Part shown: piece by piece, positions 41,132 through 48,738 of the stretch
How the letters are laid out: each line of letters opens with the position of its first letter
Position numbering within the stretch: the first letter of the stretch is position 1
Origin: an uncultured bacterium
Lineage (GTDB): Bacteria > Aquificota > Aquificia > Desulfurobacteriales > Desulfurobacteriaceae
Direction: 5' to 3'
Assembly (NCBI GenBank): GCA_964545225.1
Contig: CAZJFY010000001.1
Coordinates: 1 to 49,053 of the forward strand
Length of the DNA: 49,053 nucleotides
The notes under the pieces: generated by a model
The model's input: only the letters and a program-made list of their open reading frames with translations
What the model was told of the DNA's origin: nothing
The model's database searches: none
Made by a program: the position numbers and the translations under genes

Positions 41132-44100
41132 ATGCTTGCAGGAGTTGTCATGAAAGGGGGCAAGGTTTCTTCTTTTCCTGACCTATTACCATCCGGCTTT
41201 AAAACAATAATTGACAGTGTTTTTGGGACAAGGGCTTTAAGGAAGGTTTATTACTTTATCAGTCCTTTTGCTTCTACCCTAGTTGCTTCCGATGGTTCTA
41301 AAACTTATGTAGAAGTTCTTGCCCCCAATCCTAAAGATGCCCTATTTCGCTTAAATGAAGAGATGCGAGCCAATCCTTATGTTGTATGCTATGAAGTGCC
41401 TAGCGATAAGGCATCGGAATTTATTGATCTTATTAAGAAGCAAAAATCCTTGGCTATCAAGCAAGATATTGTTCAATCCATTATAGGCTTGAAGAAGTGC
41501 AAGGCAAGTGATAATCCATTTTCTATTTTTGCTTATGCCCCTAAGTTTTCAAGCCTTTACTTCTGGCAAAATATAGTAAAACACTATTTATGGGATAGAG
41601 GTTTCTTTAGTGCTAGTATTCCTGAGAATGGACACGGTAGAATAACTTTAACAGAAGATGGTATCTTTTCAGGGCTTTATAACCTTGATGAAGTTATTGT
41701 AGGAGGAGTAAGGTTTAAATTGCTTTACATGACTTTCGATTTGAAAGAGGAGGATCTGGCTAAAGTTAAGGAGAGAATTTATGATAACAAGAGAAAGGTT
41801 GATGCACTTAACAGGTCTGTTTTGAGAATAGCGAAACGCGTAGATTGTGAATATGCTATAAAAGATACGGTAATTTTTCCAGCAAGCGATAAATTGATTA
41901 GTAGAATAAGAAAAAAAATTAAATTCTCTCTGCCCATTGAGAAGTATCCTAGTGATAATGAACAGCAACTTCTTGTGACAAGACTTGCTTTAGACATAAC
42001 TGACGCAGATTCTCCTTATGAGGTTGTCATAGACAAGCTGTTAGCTGTGTCAAAGGCGGTAGTGTCTCCACAGGTGCTCTTTTATCTTATCAAGATCTTC
42101 TACATCCTTGATGGTATTATTTCTTTTGTTTCTGTTACTTCGCAGATACTGGAAGAATCTAAGGCAAACGCTTACCTCTCTTCATTTGACAATCTGTCCT
42201 CGTTTCTAAGAGAAGAGGAAAGGAAACTTGAACAAGCGAGAAGTAAACTTATTTCCATTATTTCCTCCGAGGTTGGTGTAGAACCAAAAGAGCTGAAAGG
42301 CGTGCTTAATCCATTTGCATTCAGGATTTTAACCACACAGGCAATAAACGCGATAAGGTCCCTTATTTTTGGCGTCATTGATAGTACTGATAGGCGAAAA
42401 GCTATTGGTGTTTCTAGTAAGATACAGAATACCTATACTTTCATGATTAACGCCTTCTTGCCACTACTTTCTTCTCTGATTGGTGAGAAGAAAAGTTTCA
42501 CTGAGTTTGATCCTTCTGTTTTTGAGAGTGGAGTCAAGGAACTTGTCAGCTTAGTAAAATCTGGAAGCTATAATGATAAGATAAAACACATAACAGATGC
42601 CCTGGTTGATAAATATGAAAATCTCAAAATAGTCAAGAGGGCTAAAGTTGATGAGATTATTGCCAATGCTATTTTCAGGCTAACGGGAATTGCTTCTCCA
42701 TTTGTTTCCTTTGTTGATATACCTGCGCTCTTTGAAGCGTTTAGGATAGGCGAGAGATTTAAAATCACAGACCTAAAGCGGGCAATCGGTGAGGATCTTA
42801 AAAATCTTTCATTCAACTTGGTCGTTTCTCCCCGCGCTAAGAAATACTTCAAAGACGAAAGTACGCAAGAAACTTTTGCACTGTCTTCTTATCTTGTTAA
42901 CGCCGCCTACAAAGGTGTTAGAAGAAAATATGACCTAATAGCTCGTAATGTAGTTGTTCAGGAAAGCGAAATAATCCAGGAATACAAGGAAGCTGCTACC
43001 GAAGCTGGGATAGGGGAACAAGGAAAGGATCTAGCTGAGCTTCTTGCTTTAACAGAGGAATATTCACGCGAATTTGAAGAGCTCACCGAGGATAAACTGC
43101 TTTCTGTTTATAGCATATACAAAAAAGAAGAAGTAAGTCCTGAGAGAAGATATAGATTTGCCAGATTTGGAGGCTCTCTTAAACATCTTGTTGAGTATTA
43201 CTCTCCTTCTGGAGTTGGGTTGGGTGGAGGAGTAGCAGCCAAAGCTAATCCAATACTAGATGTTTTTACCTCTCTTGAAATGCTTAAGAAGGCCATTAAG
43301 GCGGTTACTGACAGGATGTTTGGAAAAGAGGTTGTGGATGAAAGTGAAATTCCTTCTACCTTCTGGGATGAAGTTTTAAAAGAAATATCATTGATGGAGG
43401 GACAGGGTTTAATCACAAGTGATATAAGAGAATTCTTTGAGCTTTTTGTTTATAACATTATACTTTCAACCCTTGATTATGTTGCTTCCTTTTTCTATCG
43501 CGCACAAGCTGTTGAGCCCGAAAGAAAGAGAGCTGAAGTGCTGTATAGATTTGTCGAGCTTCTTCTAGTCTTCGTTGACGAGATTAAAAGATGGATAGCG
43601 GCTTCATTTATTACCGTTTCTAGTGTTAAACCTTTTACGCCGCAGTGGCTCGGCTTTTTAAAACAAAAAGCTTCTAAGCATTTACAACTGAAAAAAGACT
43701 TTGTCAAAATTTACAAATTGATAAATTCTTCAGATTTAACTTCTTTGCGAGGAAGAGTTATAAAGGTAGTGTCAGAGATACTTGACAAAGAAGTTGGTAA
43801 TGTGTTGCTGCGAACCGAACTTCAACATTTGAAGGCCATCACGATAGAGTTAATGGTTATACTTTCTTATCTCAAAGAAAAAGGAAAGACAGAATATACT
43901 AACAGCGAGATCGCGCTTACCATTGCTAAATTCCTAGCTCTTATCGCTGTACTGTCTTTAGTTAAAGCCAATCATACAAAGTCTAATTTTAAACTTGCCA
44001 AAAAAACTGACAAAGGACTGGATTACTATCAGGACGAATATAGGGTGCTTTCTGGCGAAAAGATAGAACAGCAGCTTTATGGTATCTGTAATGACATTGT

Positions 44101-47100
44101 TAAAGGAGCTAGGGTTGATGCTGTTGCTAGATATTTTGATAATGTTCTAAATCAAATCAAACAACTTGTTTCGCTTTGTGATGACGATTCCGTTTGTCTA
44201 GTTTATTCCATTCCTGAGGTAGAAGAGCCAGCATTAATTCCTTTGAAGGAATTTTTTGCTCAACAGGTTCTCGGAGCTAGGATATATGACCCCGCAGTGG
44301 TGGCCTTAAAAGAGATAATTGCCGGTAAGGTTTTAGATTTACTCCCGCTTTACAAAGCTTACTTTGGCCTTTGCGATGTTATTGAAAAAGAGCAGCTTCC
44401 TGTTTCTGAAGTAGTAGCTAAATATCCCGGTATAAGAAAACCCATCGCTGATTTTCTCCGTGAGGAAGTAGTCATTGGCGTTGAAAGAACGCTGTATCAA
44501 CTTGCTGTGTACTTCTTGGTAATAAACGCTTTGGAATCAGCATCGCGCCCGACAGCTTTGATGATACTGAAGCGTATGCTTCTTGAATATGGGGCGACTC
44601 AACCTGATGTTCTATTGAACCTTATCAATGTTAGCGGAATGACTCTAAATACTTATTTTGCGTATAAGATGCCTATTGCCGATAGTGTGGTTGTAAGAAC
44701 GAGATTTGCTAGATTGGAAGCTCTAAAAAGTATGCAACTTCCTATGCTTAAAGGATACTTAATAGGACAATGGAACTTGGTTGAAGATAGCTTACCCTAC
44801 TACGGTGTTCCAATAGCTGGAATCCCAAGCTGGGCTTATGCATTGCCCTTGATGTTGTTCCAGTGCGTTGATTTAATTCCAGAAGAGGCAGTGAAGAAAG
44901 ATGAGCTTATTTCAAAGGTTTTGGAAATAACTAAAGGGGTGCGATCCTCGGATGTTATAGGTATTGTTCGTAAATCCATTCAAGAAGCTGGAGCTGGAGC
45001 ATCTGTTGTAGCTGGCTCTACTTGTTGTAATGTCTTCCGAGCTTTAGAAGAAAACATTGCAAAGGTGAAAAATGTCAGTGAGGTGGTTTCGTTCTTTAAG
45101 ATACCTAGCACGGAGGTTGAAGGCAAGTACTCGTTTTCAATTTTCGATGACGTACCTAGTGTTTTATCTTCCGTCTCACCTACGCTTCTTGATAGAGTTG
45201 GACCCGATATTAACCTTAACAACTTTTATCACAGTGCTAGAAGCTTTGTAGTAATGCAGGCGTTACTTTCCATTTTGATTAATTTGCCTCCTGCGGACGC
45301 TGAAAGGAAGCTGAATACACTGATTAGGAACATTATGAGCGCTAAAAAATTAGGATCGTCAGCTATAGAGGCAGCTAATGCGATTTACAACAGATATTGC
45401 GATCTTTTACTTAACCAATCTGACAACAAACAAAGGCTTGAGCTAGATGCAGAAAGGCTTATTCGTCTCTCGAAGCTTGTCACAACAATTGCTAATAAGA
45501 CATCCATATACAATGTTGTGCTTTTCATTACACTTATTGATTTCCTTGCTTACATAGCCGAGGCTCCTCGATCCTTCCAAGAGTTTAATGGAAGAATTGG
45601 AGTATTGGGTCCGGTTTCTACAGCTGTTATTGAAACCAAGAAGTTTCTTGAAGCTCTCAAATTTATAGGTCTTGACAAAATTGTGACTGATCAGGCTTAC
45701 GGAATAGAAAGAATTGTCAACTTCCTGCAGGAAATAATGTCTTACTATCGTAATACCATACTGGAACACAGCAAAAGCTATTCATCTCTTGTTGCTTCCT
45801 TTGCTACATTCAGAGAGCAGGTCATCAAACCATTTGTTTTAACAACAATTGGTAAGGAAGGCCTTGAATTGATAGCTCTCTTAAAAACGCTATCTCATAT
45901 TTCTGCTTTTGATTTCGTTCTAACCAAGCAGTCACTTGCAGATGTAAGCGAAGCTAGAGATTTACTTGACACAAAAGACAAGATTATTTCTCAACATGTA
46001 TTCTATGCCACCGCGCTGGCCGAAAGGATAATTTCTGTCCACACCATTAAGCTGCTTGCTATGCAATATGAGGATACATTCACTATGCTTGCTAGACGCG
46101 GAAGAAGTGTGTTTTCTGCTGATGGGCGCAATAGCTACTTTGGTAAAATAAGAGACAAAATATTTACCTCTCTTCCTAAAGACAAAGAAATACTAAGAGG
46201 AGAGGATATAACATTTGCCTTAGCTTACCTACTCGCAGCTTTGAAATCTCATGTATTCCAGCCAATTAATGATGCCATTGAAAACATTGGAGGTTCTACA
46301 GTTCAGTCTGTTATAGACAGCTTTAAGCACGCAATCAGAAATTCTATTGAAAAAGAGATCAAGCAAGAGAAAATAAGAAGTTCAGAACTACCACAAGTTT
46401 TGCCGCTTACTTCTAAGATAGTTAAAGACGCCGTTGCGGGGTTAATGTCTTCAACCCCTGCTTCGAGAATCTATGTTCTGTCTTTACTTATTGAACTCGA
46501 AAATAAAGCGCAAGATATACTCAAACAAGTAGCTGCTAAGCTAACGCTTCTTAAAAGTAAGTACCCACAATCCATTCCTGCCCAACTTGTTCGTGAGATT
46601 GTAATAGAAACCATTGTTCAATATGTAGAAGGGCTTGTCAAGGTTTACACGGATGGAATTAAAAACGAAATGCTCTTATCTCTTGTTAGTTATTACAATG
46701 CTATTATAGACACTATGGTTAGAGAAGACGAGATAACAAAAGGACTTGTACAGCTTATTCTTGCCTATACCTTCCTATCTCATGAACCTGCTGCTCTCGA
46801 AGAAGGGATAAAATACTTAAGCAACAATCAAGTAATTTCTACCTTCAAACAGGAGTACGAAAATCTTAGAACAGAAAAAACTAAATACGCAAGCTTCACA
46901 GAAGCATTCTGCTCTACTATTGCTCGTTTCTGTGAATATGAATCTACACTTATTAAAGTGCCTCACCTAGTATTACTCACTTTGCTGATTTCCAACATTG
47001 TTCCTCGTGCATACAGAACGCAAGTTGATTTGAAAGCTGCTAGCTATGGTAACATTTGGTCTGGTGTAATCGGATCAGTGGTATCTATGGCAGTAGCTCG

Positions 47101-47275
47101 AAGAACAATTGAAAGATTTTCCTTTGTTCTCTCTAAGAAAAAAGTGCGGGAAGAAGTATTCGCGGAAGCAGAAGAACAAAGAGCTATTAACTTTATTGCT
47201 CAGCAGCTTTCCGAGTATGTTGTCCCGCAAGAACAGGTCAAGAAGATGAAACAGTTTTCTCCTTTACTGCTTTAG
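41132..47275 (+). CDS. Giant 2,047-aa predominantly helical protein of unknown function
   Basis: Uninterrupted 6.1-kb ORF. ATG 41132 follows AAGGAGGAGGGCA (the track TTG 41108 is less likely). Leu/Lys/Glu/Ile/Ala-rich with no catalytic motif recognised by eye. Confidence 0.85.
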   Translation: MLAGVVMKGGKVSSFPDLLPSGFKTIIDSVFGTRALRKVYYFISPFASTLVASDGSKTYVEVLAPNPKDALFRLNEEMRANPYVVCYEVPSDKASEFIDLIKKQKSLAIKQDIVQSIIGLKKCKASDNPFSIFAYAPKFSSLYFWQNIVKHYLWDRGFFSASIPENGHGRITLTEDGIFSGLYNLDEVIVGGVRFKLLYMTFDLKEEDLAKVKERIYDNKRKVDALNRSVLRIAKRVDCEYAIKDTVIFPASDKLISRIRKKIKFSLPIEKYPSDNEQQLLVTRLALDITDADSPYEVVIDKLLAVSKAVVSPQVLFYLIKIFYILDGIISFVSVTSQILEESKANAYLSSFDNLSSFLREEERKLEQARSKLISIISSEVGVEPKELKGVLNPFAFRILTTQAINAIRSLIFGVIDSTDRRKAIGVSSKIQNTYTFMINAFLPLLSSLIGEKKSFTEFDPSVFESGVKELVSLVKSGSYNDKIKHITDALVDKYENLKIVKRAKVDEIIANAIFRLTGIASPFVSFVDIPALFEAFRIGERFKITDLKRAIGEDLKNLSFNLVVSPRAKKYFKDESTQETFALSSYLVNAAYKGVRRKYDLIARNVVVQESEIIQEYKEAATEAGIGEQGKDLAELLALTEEYSREFEELTEDKLLSVYSIYKKEEVSPERRYRFARFGGSLKHLVEYYSPSGVGLGGGVAAKANPILDVFTSLEMLKKAIKAVTDRMFGKEVVDESEIPSTFWDEVLKEISLMEGQGLITSDIREFFELFVYNIILSTLDYVASFFYRAQAVEPERKRAEVLYRFVELLLVFVDEIKRWIAASFITVSSVKPFTPQWLGFLKQKASKHLQLKKDFVKIYKLINSSDLTSLRGRVIKVVSEILDKEVGNVLLRTELQHLKAITIELMVILSYLKEKGKTEYTNSEIALTIAKFLALIAVLSLVKANHTKSNFKLAKKTDKGLDYYQDEYRVLSGEKIEQQLYGICNDIVKGARVDAVARYFDNVLNQIKQLVSLCDDDSVCLVYSIPEVEEPALIPLKEFFAQQVLGARIYDPAVVALKEIIAGKVLDLLPLYKAYFGLCDVIEKEQLPVSEVVAKYPGIRKPIADFLREEVVIGVERTLYQLAVYFLVINALESASRPTALMILKRMLLEYGATQPDVLLNLINVSGMTLNTYFAYKMPIADSVVVRTRFARLEALKSMQLPMLKGYLIGQWNLVEDSLPYYGVPIAGIPSWAYALPLMLFQCVDLIPEEAVKKDELISKVLEITKGVRSSDVIGIVRKSIQEAGAGASVVAGSTCCNVFRALEENIAKVKNVSEVVSFFKIPSTEVEGKYSFSIFDDVPSVLSSVSPTLLDRVGPDINLNNFYHSARSFVVMQALLSILINLPPADAERKLNTLIRNIMSAKKLGSSAIEAANAIYNRYCDLLLNQSDNKQRLELDAERLIRLSKLVTTIANKTSIYNVVLFITLIDFLAYIAEAPRSFQEFNGRIGVLGPVSTAVIETKKFLEALKFIGLDKIVTDQAYGIERIVNFLQEIMSYYRNTILEHSKSYSSLVASFATFREQVIKPFVLTTIGKEGLELIALLKTLSHISAFDFVLTKQSLADVSEARDLLDTKDKIISQHVFYATALAERIISVHTIKLLAMQYEDTFTMLARRGRSVFSADGRNSYFGKIRDKIFTSLPKDKEILRGEDITFALAYLLAALKSHVFQPINDAIENIGGSTVQSVIDSFKHAIRNSIEKEIKQEKIRSSELPQVLPLTSKIVKDAVAGLMSSTPASRIYVLSLLIELENKAQDILKQVAAKLTLLKSKYPQSIPAQLVREIVIETIVQYVEGLVKVYTDGIKNEMLLSLVSYYNAIIDTMVREDEITKGLVQLILAYTFLSHEPAALEEGIKYLSNNQVISTFKQEYENLRTEKTKYASFTEAFCSTIARFCEYESTLIKVPHLVLLTLLISNIVPRAYRTQVDLKAASYGNIWSGVIGSVVSMAVARRTIERFSFVLSKKKVREEVFAEAEEQRAINFIAQQLSEYVVPQEQVKKMKQFSPLLL

Positions 47276-47332
47276 TCTTTTACTAGGTGTTAACACTGGA
47301 ATTTACTATCGTTTGTGTCTTTCTTGAGGTAG

Positions 47333-47345
47333 TTGTTTATAAAAT
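47333..47345 (+). promoter_or_regulatory. Degenerate copy of the promoter motif (TTGTTTATAAAAT)
   Basis: Intergenic. The TATAAA hexamer lies 33 nt upstream of ATG 47376, the same spacing as the exact motifs. Confidence 0.3.
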
Positions 47346-47364
47346 AAGTAGAAAAATACAATAG

Positions 47365-47382
47365 GGAGGTGCAAAATGGCAA
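47365..47382 (+). promoter_or_regulatory. Translation-initiation region GGAGGTGCAAAATGGCAA (copy 1)
   Basis: 18 nt identical to 47962-47979. Confidence 0.8.
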
Positions 47383-47921
47383 CCGCTGTAATCTATGATG
47401 GAGTGGCAGGATTTGATAATGTGGGAGAAACCGCAAAGAATGTCATTAAAGGCGGTGCAATCGGAGCCGCAACAGGACTAGCTACCATTTTCGTAACAAA
47501 CAAAATTCCAGTAATTAACAGGATGAACCCTATTATCAAATCCGTAATTGAGCTCGGTATTGTTATTGGAATCACTGCCCTTGCTAAGGACAAACTAGGA
47601 GAAGAAACAGCAACGGCAATGGGAGTTGGTGGTGCTTCAGTAGTTCTTGGTGCAGCTATAAGCAAGTTACTGGCCAAGAAGTTCCACAGCGCACCACAGG
47701 TGGTACCCGGCAAACATGGCTTTGAAGGATATGGAGATGCTGTAGCTCCTATTATTGAAGAAGTGGATGGATACGGAGACGCTGTAGCTCCTGTTGTTGA
47801 AGAAGTGGACGGATACGGAAATGAAGGTGAACTTGAAGAAGAACCGGTAGAAGTAGATGTTGTTGATGGTTATGGCGAAGTTGAAGATGAAGACGAAGGA
47901 GTCGTTGTAACTGTTGAGTGA
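47376..47921 (+). CDS. Multi-TM membrane protein with acidic repeat tail (181 aa), likely abundant
   Basis: GGGAGGTG SD. Gly/Ala/Ile-rich TM segments ('GGAIGAATGLATIFV', 'VIELGIVIGITALA', 'GVGGASVVLGAAISKLL'). C-terminal tail of 14-aa repeats 'GYGDAVAPxxEEVD'. Confidence 0.75.
   Translation: MATAVIYDGVAGFDNVGETAKNVIKGGAIGAATGLATIFVTNKIPVINRMNPIIKSVIELGIVIGITALAKDKLGEETATAMGVGGASVVLGAAISKLLAKKFHSAPQVVPGKHGFEGYGDAVAPIIEEVDGYGDAVAPVVEEVDGYGNEGELEEEPVEVDVVDGYGEVEDEDEGVVVTVE
47727..47819 (+). repeat. 42-bp tandem repeat (2 full copies plus the start of a third) encoding GYGDAVAP(I/V)(I/V)EEVD
   Basis: 47727-47768 and 47769-47810 differ only at a few third positions and at the Ile/Val codons. Confidence 0.85.
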
Positions 47922-47925
47922 GAAA

Positions 47926-47943
47926 AAGGGGCAGCAACCCCTT
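47926..47943 (+). terminator. Short hairpin AAGGGG-cagcaa-CCCCTT without a T-tract (weak attenuator/stabiliser)
   Basis: 6-bp stem lying 5 nt after the stop of 47376..47921. No U-run follows. Confidence 0.25.
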
Positions 47944-47961
47944 AACTAAAACTATTAAAAA

Positions 47962-47979
47962 GGAGGTGCAAAATGGCAA
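47962..47979 (+). promoter_or_regulatory. Translation-initiation region GGAGGTGCAAAATGGCAA (copy 2)
   Basis: 18 nt identical to 47365-47382. Confidence 0.8.
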
Positions 47980-48548
47980 AGGTAAAAGTAAGGCTTCCAA
48001 GCGGAAAGGTTAAAGAAGTTCAAATCTCAGATCTCAGACCTTACTCTTGGTATGATGCTATTCAAATCAAAGCAGACTTGAAGTCAAACAACTATGTACT
48101 CTTTAAGAAGACCGGTAGCCCGCTCATTCTTTCTAACATGAAGACCCCTTCTTCTATTCCAAACGGCTTCCAGTTTGAATTACAAGCTGTTAGGATTTCC
48201 TATGTCGGAGTTGCCAGCGCTGATGACCTCAACAAACTCATTCATAATGCTGTCTTGATTTACAGAAAGGGTGGTTCTGATGAAATCTTTGTCAAGCCGT
48301 TGTGGGAATTCACAACCGGTGGTGGTGTTTGGACACCAAAAGCCGATGTTGATGTACCCTCTTTCGGTTTGCCAACGGTAACCGCAGTAAGCAAGCTTCC
48401 GTTCTCTATCTTCATCGATGGTGGAGATGTTATGGAATGGATTATAGCTGTTGACTTCCAGTTCCCGCCAACGGATGGCAAGTATCTCAGCCAAGACATA
48501 ACGCTTCAAGTTGTTCTTGATGGTGTTCTAAAGAAACCTGCTCTTTAA
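47973..48548 (+). CDS. Beta-rich 191-aa protein, candidate major virion protein
   Basis: Perfect AGGAGGTG SD with the same 18-nt initiation region as the preceding gene. Immediately followed by the strongest intrinsic terminator in the window. Confidence 0.7.
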   Translation: MAKVKVRLPSGKVKEVQISDLRPYSWYDAIQIKADLKSNNYVLFKKTGSPLILSNMKTPSSIPNGFQFELQAVRISYVGVASADDLNKLIHNAVLIYRKGGSDEIFVKPLWEFTTGGGVWTPKADVDVPSFGLPTVTAVSKLPFSIFIDGGDVMEWIIAVDFQFPPTDGKYLSQDITLQVVLDGVLKKPAL

Positions 48549-48567
48549 TTCTTGTTTGGTTTATATC

Positions 48568-48604
48568 AGCCCGCTCTCCACTCACTATGGAGGGCGGGCT
48601 TTTT
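48568..48604 (+). terminator. Rho-independent terminator
   Basis: 12-bp GC-rich stem AGCCCGCTCTCC / GGAGGGCGGGCT (one G-U pair), 9-nt loop, then a TTTTT run. Begins 20 nt after the stop of 47973..48548. Confidence 0.85.
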
Positions 48605-48673
48605 AATTATGAGTAAGGCTAATTAGAAGTTTTATTTTTTGCTCAAAGGTTTCTAAATACTCTTTTTTTTGCG

Positions 48674-48708
48674 TTTGTTAATAATCCAAGACGCGTTTTT
48701 GTTATAAT
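48674..48708 (+). promoter_or_regulatory. Tandem promoter-like duplication: GCGTTTGTTAATAAT then GCGTTTTTGTTATAAT (exact TTTGTTATAAT at 48698-48708)
   Basis: The exact 11-mer lies 31 nt upstream of ATG 48739. A near-copy lies 22 nt upstream of it. Confidence 0.55.
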
Positions 48709-48738
48709 ACTCATAAAGACGAGTAAGGGAGGAAAGCG

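Noticed and set aside
41132-47275. Calling the 2,047-aa protein a tape-measure protein
   Set aside because: Only its size and helical composition fit. It is preceded by the integrase rather than tail chaperone genes. No slippery chaperone pair, lytic domain, tube/sheath genes or distal-tail genes are recognisable nearby.
47287-47296. 10-bp palindrome GTGTTAACAC after the giant gene as a terminator
   Set aside because: It allows no loop, gives a very short stem and has no T-tract. It is more likely a chance palindrome or restriction-type site.
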